Below are positions 32,860 through 45,812 of a stretch of DNA of 64,000 nucleotides, one piece after another (within the stretch, counting starts at the first letter, position 1; every line of letters begins with the position of its first letter). Both the position numbers and the translations under genes were made by a program. The notes beneath the pieces were generated by a model. It ran no database searches, was not told the origin of the DNA, and saw only the letters and a list, made by a program, of their open reading frames with translations. The DNA is from Vicinamibacteria bacterium. GTDB taxonomy: Bacteria > Acidobacteriota > Vicinamibacteria > Marinacidobacterales > Marinacidobacteraceae. Where the stretch lies: positions 2,112,001 through 2,176,000 of the forward strand of contig CAXXLQ010000004.1 of assembly GCA_963668695.2 (NCBI GenBank), read 5' to 3'.

Positions 32860-34358
32860 GCGGGAGGGGAGGCGTCCGCCGGGCCGCCGCGCTGGTTCTG
32901 GCCCTCTCCTGGGCCCTGGCGTTCGCCGGCTGCGAGGGGGACGGCGGCGGCTCGCCGGCGGCCCCCACTCCGGCTTTGGCGGCCGAGGCTTCGGCGCCCG
33001 AGGCGCCGCCGCCCGAGGCGTCGCCGCCCCGGACCCCCGCTGCCCCGGTCACGCTCCGCGTGGCGCAGGCCGGCCCGTCCGGGGGGACCACCGGGGCGGA
33101 GCCCAACCAGGTGGTGGGCCCGGCGGATCCGGTCACGCTGGTGGACGGGGGTTCGGGACGGCATGTTCCCCTGGATCGGCTCTTCAGCGGCGGCGACCCG
33201 GGCACCGTGGAGGTGACGTCGGAAGACGAAACGGTGGTGACGGCGCAGTTCGTGAGCGACGCCGCGCCGCCTTACGTGAACATCGCGCCGGCCGGTCCCG
33301 GAGAGACGACGGTAGTGGTCACGGCGGCCACCGCGGCCGGGTCCGCGACGCAGCGGATCTCGGCGACCGTCGAGGCGGCCGAAGCCCCTCGCGTGATCGG
33401 CGAGATCCCGCCCGCCGTGCTGGTGGTCGGGGCGCGGGGCATCCACTGGAGCCTCGACGCCGTCTTCGAGCCGGCCGGGCTCCGGGTGGAGGTCGAGTCG
33501 CCGGACGATGACGTGGTACTCGCGGAGGGGGTGGACGGCTACGGCGGGAGCCTGACGCTGGCGCCGGTGGGGCCGGGAGAGACCTCCGTGGTGGTGACGG
33601 CGAGGAACGCCGCCGGCCACGCCGACGCCACGATGGCGGTGACCGTGCTCGACAAGCTGCGCATCGGGCTCGCGAGCCGGGTGGGGGCCGCCGGGGGCGG
33701 GATCCGGCTTGCCGAGGGAGCGCGGCTGCGCCTGGAGATCCGGCCGCAGGAACGGGCGCTGGCAGCCCACGCCCCGGGAGTGGTGACGTTTCGCGTCGTG
33801 AGCGAGGGCCCGGAGGGCCAGGTGGAGCTTCCCGAGACGGTCAGCGCCGGCCGGCTCGGGGACTTCAACGAACGGACCGCGTTTGCCGTCGAGGCGCTCC
33901 GCGACGAGACCGCCGGCGAAGAGGAGGCGGCCTATTCCATTTCCCTCGCGCCGGAGGCCGAGGGCCTGCCGTCCTGGATGGAGATCGTTCCGGACGAGAT
34001 CTCGCTGGTCGTCGTGGACTCGCCCGCCGCCGACTGCTCCCGGCTGGCGGTGGACGGCGCCATCCGCCAGGTAACGGGCGGCAGCGTTCGCGGGACCGTG
34101 ACCATCCAGGCGCCCCATCCGGATACGTCGCTGAATTTCATCTCGCCCTACGTGGAGCGGCCCCGGCAGGCCGCGGTCTGGCGTACCGCGGCCGCCTACG
34201 TGTTTCCCGAGGCGTTCCCGTATCAGGAGATGCCGGACGGGTTCGAGCAGATCGCGCGCCTCCGCTGGTGGGACGAAGAACTGCGCTTCACGGTCGAAGC
34301 CCCCGGCTGCGACCCGATCGAGATGGTCTGCGACGAGCTCGGCTGCGACGTGGAATAG
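32856..34358 (+). CDS. Lipoprotein with Ig-like repeats, Calx-beta-like and Cys-capped domain
   Basis: GTGA overlap; lipobox FAGC; GETSVVVTARNAAG repeat as in 53469-57086; C-terminal PGC..VC..GC. Confidence 0.8.
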   Translation: MSGRGGVRRAAALVLALSWALAFAGCEGDGGGSPAAPTPALAAEASAPEAPPPEASPPRTPAAPVTLRVAQAGPSGGTTGAEPNQVVGPADPVTLVDGGSGRHVPLDRLFSGGDPGTVEVTSEDETVVTAQFVSDAAPPYVNIAPAGPGETTVVVTAATAAGSATQRISATVEAAEAPRVIGEIPPAVLVVGARGIHWSLDAVFEPAGLRVEVESPDDDVVLAEGVDGYGGSLTLAPVGPGETSVVVTARNAAGHADATMAVTVLDKLRIGLASRVGAAGGGIRLAEGARLRLEIRPQERALAAHAPGVVTFRVVSEGPEGQVELPETVSAGRLGDFNERTAFAVEALRDETAGEEEAAYSISLAPEAEGLPSWMEIVPDEISLVVVDSPAADCSRLAVDGAIRQVTGGSVRGTVTIQAPHPDTSLNFISPYVERPRQAAVWRTAAAYVFPEAFPYQEMPDGFEQIARLRWWDEELRFTVEAPGCDPIEMVCDELGCDVE

Positions 34359-34399
34359 CGGGGCCGGAGCACCGGGCCCTTCCGTTCCCTGCGAGTCCG

Positions 34400-34912
34400 A
34401 GGCGCGCTGGCGATCCGCTCGGTTCGGCCTTCACCCCGATCTCCATTCCTGTCGTGGCGCCCACCGACGACGTTGCCGGCGAGCCCGACGCCTCCTACTC
34501 CATCTCCCTGGCCCCGGTGCCCGGACTCCCGTCGTGGGTCGAGTTGAGTGAGACGCCGGTTCGGGTGGTGGTCGTGGATTCTCCGGCCGCCGCCTGTGAG
34601 GACCTGGAGGTGCTGGCCACGGTGGATCGCGGCCCGGGCGCCGGCACGCTTGGAACCATCGTCATCCAATCGCCCCATCGGGACACCTCGGTGTCCATCG
34701 CGGCGCCGTACTTGGTGCGCCCGACAGGGCAATATCCACTGGCCACCCACTTGGTCCCGGAGCAACTTCCGTTGCGTGAGACAGCAGACGGGTTCGAGCA
34801 AACCGTCCGGCTGCGTTGGTGGGGCGGCGACCTGCGGTTGGCGGTTGAAGCCCCGGGCTGCGAGCCGGTCCAGGTTGTCTGCGACAGGTTCGCCTGCGAC
34901 GTGGAGGAGTAG
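34400..34912 (+). CDS. Orphan duplicate of the C-terminal part of 32856-34358
   Basis: YSISLAP..GLPSW..VVDSPAAAC..DGFEQTVRLRWW..EAPGCEPVQVVC; no clear start or signal peptide. Confidence 0.65.
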   Translation, partial: RRAGDPLGSAFTPISIPVVAPTDDVAGEPDASYSISLAPVPGLPSWVELSETPVRVVVVDSPAAACEDLEVLATVDRGPGAGTLGTIVIQSPHRDTSVSIAAPYLVRPTGQYPLATHLVPEQLPLRETADGFEQTVRLRWWGGDLRLAVEAPGCEPVQVVCDRFACDVEE

Positions 34913-35141
34913 GGCGGGGAGTCGGCAAGGAGCGCCGGCCAGTTCTCCCGGCGAGGGCCTTCAGACCGGCATCGCTCCCCGCAGGGAAGCGAAACTCCCG
35001 TCGTTGTTCCCTGTATGGCACCGCAGAGGCCAGGAGCCGCATGCCGCGAAACTCCCGTCGCTACGTTCGCCCATAGCTGGGACCCCCATCCGCAGGCCGC
35101 GAAACTCCCGTCGCCAGTCGCGTGAGAGACTCCCGGCAGCC

Positions 35142-36443
35142 GTGGTTTTTCGCGACGCTTTCCCGCTGATCGGCCGTGGGGTTCTCCTTGCCGCGGCCCT
35201 GAGCGCGGTTGGGGCGACTGCCGGCCCTGCCGCCGAGGTGACTGCCGGCCCCGCGGCCGCGCAGCCCGCCGCCGCCAACTCGGCGGACGAACTCGCCGCC
35301 GCCGAGACGGCGGGGTCCCAACTCCTCTTCGACTACGACTTCGACGAGGCCCTCGGGCACTACGCGCGGGTCAGCGAGCGGTTTCCGGAACATCCCACCG
35401 GTCCCTACAACCTCGCCACCACCATCTGGATCCGGCTCGCCCAGCGCAGTAACGGGATGCGGGGCTCGACCCTCCGGAACGACCGGTTCTTCTCGCAGCA
35501 GGGCCGCCCGGAAACCACCCCGGAAGAGGTGGCGGCCTTCCGCGAGCAGCTCGAGGAGGCATACCGCCGGGCCCAAGCCTTGCTGGAACGCGACCCGGAC
35601 GACGTGGAAGCGCTCTATTACCTCGGCGCCACCGAGGCGCTCGAATCCGGCTGGGCGATGATCGTGGACCGCGCCTGGTTGCGCGCCGCCCGCACGATCC
35701 GGCGCGGGGTGCGCCGCCATCGGCGGGTCCAGGAACTCGATCCCGACTTCCGGGACGCCTACGCCGTCCCGGGGGCCTACGAGTACGGGATCGCCGCCCT
35801 GCCGCGCCCGCTGCGGATGCTCGTTTTCCTTTTCGGGATGCGCGGCGACCGAGAGGGCGGCCTGCGGGGGGTGCAGATCACCGCGAACGAGGGCCGGCGG
35901 GCGCGCTGGGGCGGCCTTTGGACCCATGCGCTCCTGATGCAGCGCGAGGAGCGGGAGGACGAGGCGCTCGCGGCGGTGCGGCGGCTGCGGCGGCAGTTTC
36001 CCAAGAACCCGGACTTCGCGCTGGACGAGGTCAGCATCCTGACGGCGCGGGGCGAGTTCGGGAAGGCCCGCGCGTACGCCGAGGTCGTCCTTGAGCGCCG
36101 CGACGCCGGCTACGGGAACTACCGCCTCGCGCTGCCGGGTCTCGCGGAGGCGCGGCTCGGGGAGGCGCTCCTGTTCGCGGAGCGCTGGGAGGAGGCGGAG
36201 GCCGTCCTGACCCGCGGTCTCGAAGCCGGGCGGAACGATGCGGTCCGGGCGATCCTGGCCTTCCGGCGCGGCAACGCCCGGGACGGCGCCGGGAGACGGC
36301 CGCAAGCGCTGTCCGACTACGGCGAGGTCATCCGGATCGACGCGGATGACGTCCTGAGCGACTGGGCGAAGGACCTGCGGCGGGCTCCCTGGCCGGACGC
36401 CGCGCCCGACGGATCGCACCCGGGACGGCGCGCGGCCGAGTAG
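35142..36443 (+). CDS. Secreted tetratricopeptide-repeat protein
   Basis: Signal-like N-terminus; TPR helices (DPDDVEALYYLG, ELDPDFRDAY, FPKNP). Start estimated. Confidence 0.8.
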   Translation: MVFRDAFPLIGRGVLLAAALSAVGATAGPAAEVTAGPAAAQPAAANSADELAAAETAGSQLLFDYDFDEALGHYARVSERFPEHPTGPYNLATTIWIRLAQRSNGMRGSTLRNDRFFSQQGRPETTPEEVAAFREQLEEAYRRAQALLERDPDDVEALYYLGATEALESGWAMIVDRAWLRAARTIRRGVRRHRRVQELDPDFRDAYAVPGAYEYGIAALPRPLRMLVFLFGMRGDREGGLRGVQITANEGRRARWGGLWTHALLMQREEREDEALAAVRRLRRQFPKNPDFALDEVSILTARGEFGKARAYAEVVLERRDAGYGNYRLALPGLAEARLGEALLFAERWEEAEAVLTRGLEAGRNDAVRAILAFRRGNARDGAGRRPQALSDYGEVIRIDADDVLSDWAKDLRRAPWPDAAPDGSHPGRRAAE

Positions 36444-36464
36444 CTAGGGGGCGGGTTTCGCTCA

Positions 36465-36718
36465 GCAGCCCGTGGATGAAGTGACGTGAGCGCCGAGACC
36501 GGCCAGTTCTCCCGGTGGGGGCGAGGCGCCCGGCTGACAAGACGCGTGAGGGAGGAGCCCCCACCGGGAGAACTGGCCCGAGTGTATTCCGACCGAAACG
36601 CAACGCAGAGCGACGCGAAGCGCCAGTTCTCCCGGTGGGGGGGCGGTTCAGCCGGGATGCATCGCCGGTCGAGCCCCCACCGGGAGAACTGGGCCGCGTG
36701 ACTTTGTCCACAGGCTGC
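36465..36718. mobile_element. MITE-A copy
   Basis: GCAGCCCGTGGA...TCCACAGGCTGC; right end abuts the stop codon of 36718-37176. Confidence 0.85.
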
Positions 36719-37176
36719 TAGCTTGGCGGTCCTGACTGCGAGGGCTTACGAGTCGCCAGAAACGCCGTCGCCAATCCCACCACGGTAGTCGTTCCGACAG
36801 CGCCGGCTGCCAGGGCATGTCCCAAGTGTCCGAGCCAAACAGCGACCCCCAATGCCGACACCACGGAAATCAGCCCGACGATCTGGCCGCGCCGAGTTGC
36901 CAACGCGACGCTTCTGGCGGCTTCTTTCGCCAGCTCATGCGCAACCATCTGCTCTCGTTCCGCCATCTGAAGGATTCGTTCGGCGGCTCCCTCGACGATC
37001 CGTTCGTATTCCCGAAGGTCAGTCGGGGGCGGAAGCGGACCCCTGAATTCCTGGATCCGAACAGTCGTGGAGGCTGTTACTTCGGGTGGTTGGGGCGGAG
37101 CGTTAGTGAGCCGTCGGAGACTCTTTCCTTGCCCGGGTTTGCTTCCGGTGGCCGATCTCGGCATCGCGGTAACCAT
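36718..37176 (-). CDS. DUF2335-like membrane protein
   Basis: FRGPLPPP..L..YE.IV.GAAERILQMAEREQ followed by two TM helices. Confidence 0.85.
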   Translation of the reverse strand: MVTAMPRSATGSKPGQGKSLRRLTNAPPQPPEVTASTTVRIQEFRGPLPPPTDLREYERIVEGAAERILQMAEREQMVAHELAKEAARSVALATRRGQIVGLISVVSALGVAVWLGHLGHALAAGAVGTTTVVGLATAFLATRKPSQSGPPS

Positions 37177-37336
37177 CCATCGCGTTACGGAGGTGTCCCC
37201 CCACTCGTTGCCAATGTTCGGCGAGCCGGTCTTCCGCGCTCCCGGTCAGTAGAAGGTCCTCATAACGCTGCGGGCCAGGGTAGATGTTGAGGAGGCTGCC
37301 AACCCCCCGAAGCATTGCCCGCACTTTCTCGGCCAT
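37103..37336 (-). CDS. Small hypothetical protein upstream of DUF2335-like gene
   Basis: GVGSLLNIYP..LAEHWQRVGGHL; overlaps the downstream gene. Confidence 0.65.
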   Translation of the reverse strand: MAEKVRAMLRGVGSLLNIYPGPQRYEDLLLTGSAEDRLAEHWQRVGGHLRNAMDGYRDAEIGHRKQTRARKESPTAH

Positions 37337-37561
37337 GGGAGCCTCGATCCTAGCCTGCTTCAGGCGTGCCGGCGTCTTGCACACAGGGCGCGCTGGCGTT
37401 GCCGGCCGCCGCTGAACCAGTTGCCGCCTGATCCCGGTGCGGCCAATTGGCCGGGAGCCGCCCGGCAGGGGTCACAGCCGGGGCGACGGGCGGCCAACCA
37501 AGGGGCGGGCACGGCTCCGGCCTCGGCAGTAACATTGAGGAGCGCTTTGACAGCGAGACGC

Positions 37562-38011
37562 ATGGCACCGGCACTGGACGTTACCGAGGCACCCAAAGAG
37601 GTCCCCCCCCGTACCGGAATCGACATCCGCAGCCAGCTCGATTCGATGCGGACGATGAAGGACGGCTGGCTTGAAGGAGGCGGTGCCGCCCCGAGTCCCG
37701 GCGGACTCGACTGGCTCGCCCAAGTTTTTGCGACGTACTACCCGGACGATTGCCCGCGGCCGTACCTCTATCCGACTGAAGATGGGGGAGTGCAGGCGGA
37801 GTGGTCGCTGGAGCAATGGACTGTGTCCTGGGACATCAACCTTGAATCACGTTCGGGCGATTGGTTCGCCCTGAACCGGAAGACCGACCAAGCCGTCGAG
37901 AAGCCTCTCCGTTGTGACGAGGCCTCCGACTGGCGGTGGTTGGTCCAACAGATTCGGGAGTTGTCCCGGGGCCTTGAATGTCGGGTGCAACCCTCCTCTG
38001 GCGACAGGTAA
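37562..38011 (+). CDS. Conserved-looking hypothetical protein
   Basis: DGWLEGGGAAP..PYLYPTEDGGVQAEW globular motif; GAGGAG upstream. Confidence 0.65.
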   Translation: MAPALDVTEAPKEVPPRTGIDIRSQLDSMRTMKDGWLEGGGAAPSPGGLDWLAQVFATYYPDDCPRPYLYPTEDGGVQAEWSLEQWTVSWDINLESRSGDWFALNRKTDQAVEKPLRCDEASDWRWLVQQIRELSRGLECRVQPSSGDR

Positions 38012-38056
38012 ATCCCCACTGGGTCCGCGCCGGGAGGGTGACCTCCCAGGCGTGGA

Positions 38057-38276
38057 GCAGCCTGTGGTGAAACCCACGCGGCCCAGTTCTCCCGGTGGGG
38101 GCTCGGCCGGCGATCCACCACCGGCTGTTCACCGCGTCGCTTCGCGCCGCTCATCGTTGCGCTTCGGTCGAAATACACCCGGGCCAGTTCTCCCGGTGGG
38201 GGCTCCTCCCTCGCGCGCCTTGTCAGCCGGGCGCCTCCCCGGCCTCGGCGCTCACGCGGGTTCCACTACAGACTGC
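38057..38276. mobile_element. MITE-A copy
   Basis: GCAGCCTGTGGTG...CACTACAGACTGC. Confidence 0.85.
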
Positions 38277-38514
38277 TTAACCGACCAGGAAGGACAACAA
38301 CAAGTTGTCGGTGGACGACGGGGACCTGGTGTCGGCCCAACACGCGTATCGGACCTTCACCGAAGACTACCCGTCCGCGGGCGTCGCCGGCCGTCGCTGC
38401 TGAACCAGTGGCCGCTGAAAACGTTCCCCGGCTTGCGCTGACCGGATGCAGCTCAAGGCGGCGGGCGCGTCGGCAGGGCTCTCCTCTCGCGGTCCGCCTC
38501 GGGCCGAACCCCTC

Positions 38515-38766
38515 CTACAACTGCGGGATCCTGGCTTTCGCTTCGGACAGCTTGCCGAAGAACCCAAACATGTTCTTGACGTGGAACAGTGAGATCTCCG
38601 GGTTGGTGCGGCCGTGCGCCCCCTTGGGTAGCGCCACGAAGGCTCTGTCTCGCAGGGCCGGGCAGTAGATGTGGATCCCGTGTTCCTTTAGCTTCATCTC
38701 CCAGCCGGGCAGAAGCTCATCCATCCATCCTGTGAGCTGGTTCCAGCGGATCTGGCCGGAACCCAC
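38515..38766 (-). CDS. HicA-like small putative toxin
   Basis: 83 aa; GWEMKLKEHGIHIY..VALPKGAHG..EI pattern resembles the HicA dsRBD fold; GGAG RBS. Confidence 0.55.
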   Translation of the reverse strand: MGSGQIRWNQLTGWMDELLPGWEMKLKEHGIHIYCPALRDRAFVALPKGAHGRTNPEISLFHVKNMFGFFGKLSEAKARIPQL

Positions 38767-38785
38767 CGCCAGCTCTCCGCGGCGG

Positions 38786-39274
38786 CTAGGCCGCCATCGC
38801 CATTTCGAGTGCCTGGGCCGCGACCCTGGGCTCCGGATTCATGGCCGGCGAAGACGACGAGGGCAGCAGATTCTCAATGTTGATCTCGGCGGGAAGAGCT
38901 TCCGTTTCGCGCCTGAGGTCTACCCCTTCGGCAGGGGTCGTTCCCGCCCGGATTCCGGTGCGCGCGTTCTCCCACTCCCGCACGCTCTCGTCATCGGTCG
39001 CCGTGATGAAATCCTTCGCTGCTTCTTCGAACTGCTGGAACGTGCCGGCGTCCTTGGCGAGATCGAACAGAGTTGCGGCAAGCCCGGCTCGGAAATCCAG
39101 ATAGGCGGAGTGCATGTCTTCGCCGCCTGCCGCCAACCCTCCGGGATTGACGCCGTAGATACAGGTCGCGCCGTACTCCTCCATGCAGGTGATCCGGCCC
39201 CGGATGCGGACATCGGCCACAAAGCCCTGTCCGTACACAGGAGTTCGGAACTGGAAATAGAGAGGGATCGTCAT
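38786..39274 (-). CDS. HicB-like putative antitoxin
   Basis: GVNPGGLAAGGEDMHSAYLDFRAGL resembles the HicB PG..a.G.t.eeA motif. Confidence 0.55.
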   Translation of the reverse strand: MTIPLYFQFRTPVYGQGFVADVRIRGRITCMEEYGATCIYGVNPGGLAAGGEDMHSAYLDFRAGLAATLFDLAKDAGTFQQFEEAAKDFITATDDESVREWENARTGIRAGTTPAEGVDLRRETEALPAEINIENLLPSSSSPAMNPEPRVAAQALEMAMAA

Positions 39275-39371
39275 CGGGCCGTTATTGGGGGGTCGCTGTT
39301 TACCCGATTGTATTGCGCGAGTCCAAACCGGTGCCGCGAAAGGCAAACGCTCCGTAGCGCCCAGCGGTTCC

Positions 39372-39377
39372 TATAAT
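39372..39377 (+). promoter_or_regulatory. -10 box of gcvT (probably leaderless)
   Basis: Perfect TATAAT 7 nt before ATG, no SD. Confidence 0.65.
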
Positions 39378-39384
39378 CGCCCGG

Positions 39385-40518
39385 ATGTCGCTCCGCCGCA
39401 CTCCGCTCCACGGCCTCCACCAGGAACTCGGCGGCCGGCTCGTTCCGTTCGCCGGCTGGGAGATGCCGGTGCAGTTTTCGGGAGTGGTCGCCGAGCACTT
39501 CGCGGTGCGGCAGGCGGCCGGGCTCTTCGACGTGAGCCACATGGGCGAGTTGCGGGTCACCGGGCCGGGGGCGCTGCCGCTGCTGCAGTCGCTGACCCCG
39601 AACGACGTCTCCCGGCTGGTGCCGGGGCGGGCGCAGTACTCGGCGCTCACCACCGACTCCGGCGGCTTCGTGGACGACATCATCGTTTACCGGCGCGGGG
39701 CAGAGTCCTTCCTGCTGGTCACGAACGCGGCGAACACGCCGAAGGACCTCGCCTGGATCCGGGAGCGGGGCGGCGCCGCCGCCGAGGCGGTCGAGGACCT
39801 CAGCGACGAGACCGCGCTGCTCGCGCTCCAGGGGCCGCGCTCCCCGGCGATCCTCCAGAAGCTCACCGACCTCGACCTCGCGGCGATCCGCTACTACCGG
39901 TTCGCCGAGGGGCGGATCGCCGGCGTCCCCGGGACCGTCGCCCGCATGGGATACACCGGGGAGGACGGCTTCGAGATCATGGTGCCGGCCGGCGAGGCGG
40001 AGGGGCTCGCCCGGCGCCTCCTGGAAGCGGGCGCGCCCGAGGGGCTCGTGCCTACCGGGCTCGGCGCCCGGGACACCCTGCGCCTCGAGGCCAAGATGGC
40101 GCTCCACGGGAACGACATCGACGAGGACCACTCCGTCGAAGAGGCGGATCTCGGCTGGATCGTGAAGCCCGACAAGGGCGACTTCGTCGGCCGCGCCGCG
40201 CTCGTGGCCCAGCGGGAGGGAGGCCTCTCCCGGAAACTCGTCGGCTTCGAGCTGCGCGGGCGGGGCGTGCCGCGCCACGGCTATCCCATTCGCGTGAACG
40301 GCGAGCCGTTCGGCGAAGTGACGAGCGGCGGCCACGCTCCCTTCCTGAAGAAGAGCATCGGCCTCGCCTATCTTCCCGCCGACGCCTGCGATCCCGGCCA
40401 GGCGTTCGAGGTCGAGATCCGGGGCCGTGCGGTTCCCGCCGAAGTGGTGCCTACGCCGTTCTACGTGCGGCCGGGAAAGAAAAAGAAGAAGAAACGCGCA
40501 GCCGTGGCTGCCTCCTGA
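39385..40518 (+). CDS. gcvT: Glycine cleavage aminomethyltransferase T
   Basis: RTPLH..FAGWEMPVQ, LFDVSHMG, GYTGEDGFE, GLGARDTLRLEA. Confidence 0.97.
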   Translation: MSLRRTPLHGLHQELGGRLVPFAGWEMPVQFSGVVAEHFAVRQAAGLFDVSHMGELRVTGPGALPLLQSLTPNDVSRLVPGRAQYSALTTDSGGFVDDIIVYRRGAESFLLVTNAANTPKDLAWIRERGGAAAEAVEDLSDETALLALQGPRSPAILQKLTDLDLAAIRYYRFAEGRIAGVPGTVARMGYTGEDGFEIMVPAGEAEGLARRLLEAGAPEGLVPTGLGARDTLRLEAKMALHGNDIDEDHSVEEADLGWIVKPDKGDFVGRAALVAQREGGLSRKLVGFELRGRGVPRHGYPIRVNGEPFGEVTSGGHAPFLKKSIGLAYLPADACDPGQAFEVEIRGRAVPAEVVPTPFYVRPGKKKKKKRAAVAAS

Positions 40519-40523
40519 CCTAA

Positions 40524-40740
40524 ACAGCCTGTGAACAAAGTCACGCGGCCCAGTTCTCCCGGTGGGGGCTCGGCTGGCGATGCATCCCGGCTGAACCGCG
40601 CCTCTTCGAGGCGCTCATCGTTGCGCTTCGGTCGAAATACACTCGGGCCAGTTCTCCCGGTGGGGGCTCCTCCCTCGCGCGCCTTGTCAGCCGGGCGCCT
40701 AGCCAGCCTCGGCGCTCACGCTACCTTGTCCACAGGCTGT
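40524..40740. mobile_element. MITE-A copy between gcvT and gcvH
   Basis: TAA-ACAGCCTGTG...CACAGGCTGT-TAA. Confidence 0.9.
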
Positions 40741-40754
40741 TAACCGGAGACACG

Positions 40755-41144
40755 ATGATTCCTGACGATCTTTACTACAGCAAAGACCACGAGTGGCTGC
40801 GCCTCGAAGGGGACGGCATCGCCACCATCGGGATCACGGACCACGCCCAGCAGGAACTCGGCGACATCGTCTACGTGGAGCTTCCCGACTCGGACACGGC
40901 CCTCGAGGCCGACGAGGCCATGGGGAGCGTGGAGTCGGTGAAGGCCGTCTCCGAGATCTTCTGCCCGGTCGGCGGGACCGTGGCCGAAATCAACGACGCC
41001 CTCGAAGACGCCCCCGAGCAGGTCAACTCCGACCCCTACGGAGACGGCTGGCTCATCCGGCTGCGGCTGGAAGATCCGGGATCCCCGGCCGCGACCATGC
41101 TCTCCGCGGCCCAGTACGAGCAGCACGTCGCGAGCGACGACTGA
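40755..41144 (+). CDS. gcvH: Glycine cleavage H protein
   Basis: HEW, GITDHAQQELGDIVYVELP, lipoyl site ESVKA, NSDPYGDGW. Confidence 0.97.
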   Translation: MIPDDLYYSKDHEWLRLEGDGIATIGITDHAQQELGDIVYVELPDSDTALEADEAMGSVESVKAVSEIFCPVGGTVAEINDALEDAPEQVNSDPYGDGWLIRLRLEDPGSPAATMLSAAQYEQHVASDD

Positions 41145-41185
41145 GCGGGCCGGGAGGGGGGCACATTGCTGGCCTGGTTCGGGTG

Positions 41186-41386
41186 GTCAAGTGGGAGGAG
41201 AGATTGAGCCCCCCTCCCGAACCGCCCGGCGCTCCGCGCCGGAATCGAAACTCCCTCGCGCGCTAGCGCGCCCTTCGGCGAGTCCCGATTCGACGTCACT
41301 GATTGTGAAAGGGGGTGCCCCCCTTTCACACTTTCCCCCCGGTCATGCGGGCAGCGAACAGAGTTCGCTGCCGTTGGTTTCTGCTC
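41186..41386 (+). repeat. Structured repeat family B (5'-divergent copy)
   Basis: Shares GTGAAAGGGG..CCCCTTTCAC and GGCAGCGAAC-nnn-GTTCGCTGCC hairpins with the other copies. Confidence 0.8.
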
Positions 41387-42441
41387 AGTAGAGGCTGCGC
41401 CGTGCGCCTTCGCGGGACGCAGGGCAGGGAACGCAGGGCAGGGAACGCCGGGCAGTTCTCCCGGTGGGGCCCTTCAGACCGGCACCGCGGCCCGTCGGGC
41501 CGCGAGATCGCGTACGTCTGAGCTGCGTGAAGCGCGGCCGGGGCAGGGAACGCCAGCCATCGCATAGGGGGCCGGCACAGCCCGCCGCAGGCGGGCGGAA
41601 CCGCGTATCGCCGAGTTGCGGGATCTCCCGCACCGCCGTTCCTGCTGAGCTACGCGACGACGCACGCACCACCCCGATGTTTGGCGCTGTTCCCTTTTGC
41701 TGCGCTGTCGCGCAACGGTGCTGATCCCCTACACGCGCACAGGTACAGGGCCGCCACCAGCGGAACGAACGCCCGTTTCCCGGCTCGCGCCGGCGTTGCC
41801 ACCCGGAGGAAAACGGTCAACGGGACGCTCCAACTACGGCAGATTCATTCCGTTCTTGGGGCCCGACGCCTCGTCTCTTCCAAGATGCGGGATTGTGCTG
41901 TGAATTCCCAAGTGTACGGGTTGTGTCACTTGGGCGACCAATCGCGGTCTGGGGATGGGTTGGCGGTGCTCCGTTCCCGGTCCGACGCGTCGTTCTGTGC
42001 CGACTCCGGCGCGCCGGCGGTCTTTGGCGACACTTTTGTCGGCGGAAGGCTTCAGGACCAGGGCGACGGACCCAGTCGGGACCACATCCGACGAACCAGG
42101 TTTCGGCCTGGGGGACGGGAGGAAGCGGTTCTCGGGTGGCCGGCTGGCGGGAAACCCCCGTACCCGAAAGAGCCTTGTTTCCCGGTGCGCGCTCTTACGG
42201 AGAGCAACGATGCGCGTTTCGACTGCCGTCGGCGGTCGGTGAAGGCCCCCACCGGGAAGACTGGCCGGCGTTCCCCGAGATGCCGGTTTTGAGAGCGGAG
42301 CGCCCGCCCCCCTCCCTGATAAAATCCCGGGTCCGGCTGGATGGGCAATGGGCTGGACGATAGTCGGCGGTCAGCCCGGCGGGTCGGAGTTTCCCGGCGC
42401 CGTTCCGGCACTTTGCTGACCCCCACTTCCCCTCAAGTTCC

Positions 42442-45408
<2,967 letters not shown>

Positions 45409-45502
45409 CCCCGTGGAGAAAGCGCCCCGCACCGGCCACGGGACGGCAACTGCGCCGAAGCCGGCGGTTCTTCCGCGTGCGGGGCGCTTTCCCCACGGGC
45501 AA

Positions 45503-45683
45503 GCAGCCTGCAGACAAAGTCACGCGGCATTCGAGCGGCGATGCATCCCGTCTGAAACGCCCCGCTTCGCGTGGCTCATCGTTGCGCTTCGGTCGAAATA
45601 CACTCGGTATTCCTCCCTCGCGCGCCTTGTCAGCCGGGCGCCTCGACGCTCTCGGTGCTCACGCGACTCTGTCCACAGGCTGC
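45503..45683. mobile_element. MITE-A copy lacking the 18-bp inserts
   Basis: GCAGCCTGCAGAC...GTCCACAGGCTGC-TAG. Confidence 0.85.
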
Positions 45684-45812
45684 TAGTGGTGCAAATCGCT
45701 ACGCGATTCGCACCATCTTTTTCTGTGGGGAGGGGAATCCCCTCCCCACGCCCCTCCCCCGCGGCGCTTTGCGCCGCGAATGATGGGGTCAGAGTTTCAT
45801 CACCGGCTGCTA

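Noticed and set aside
41145-42441. Glycine riboswitch or a real gene between gcvH and gcvP
   Set aside because: No recognisable aptamer; the ORFs are Arg/Pro-rich translations of repeats.
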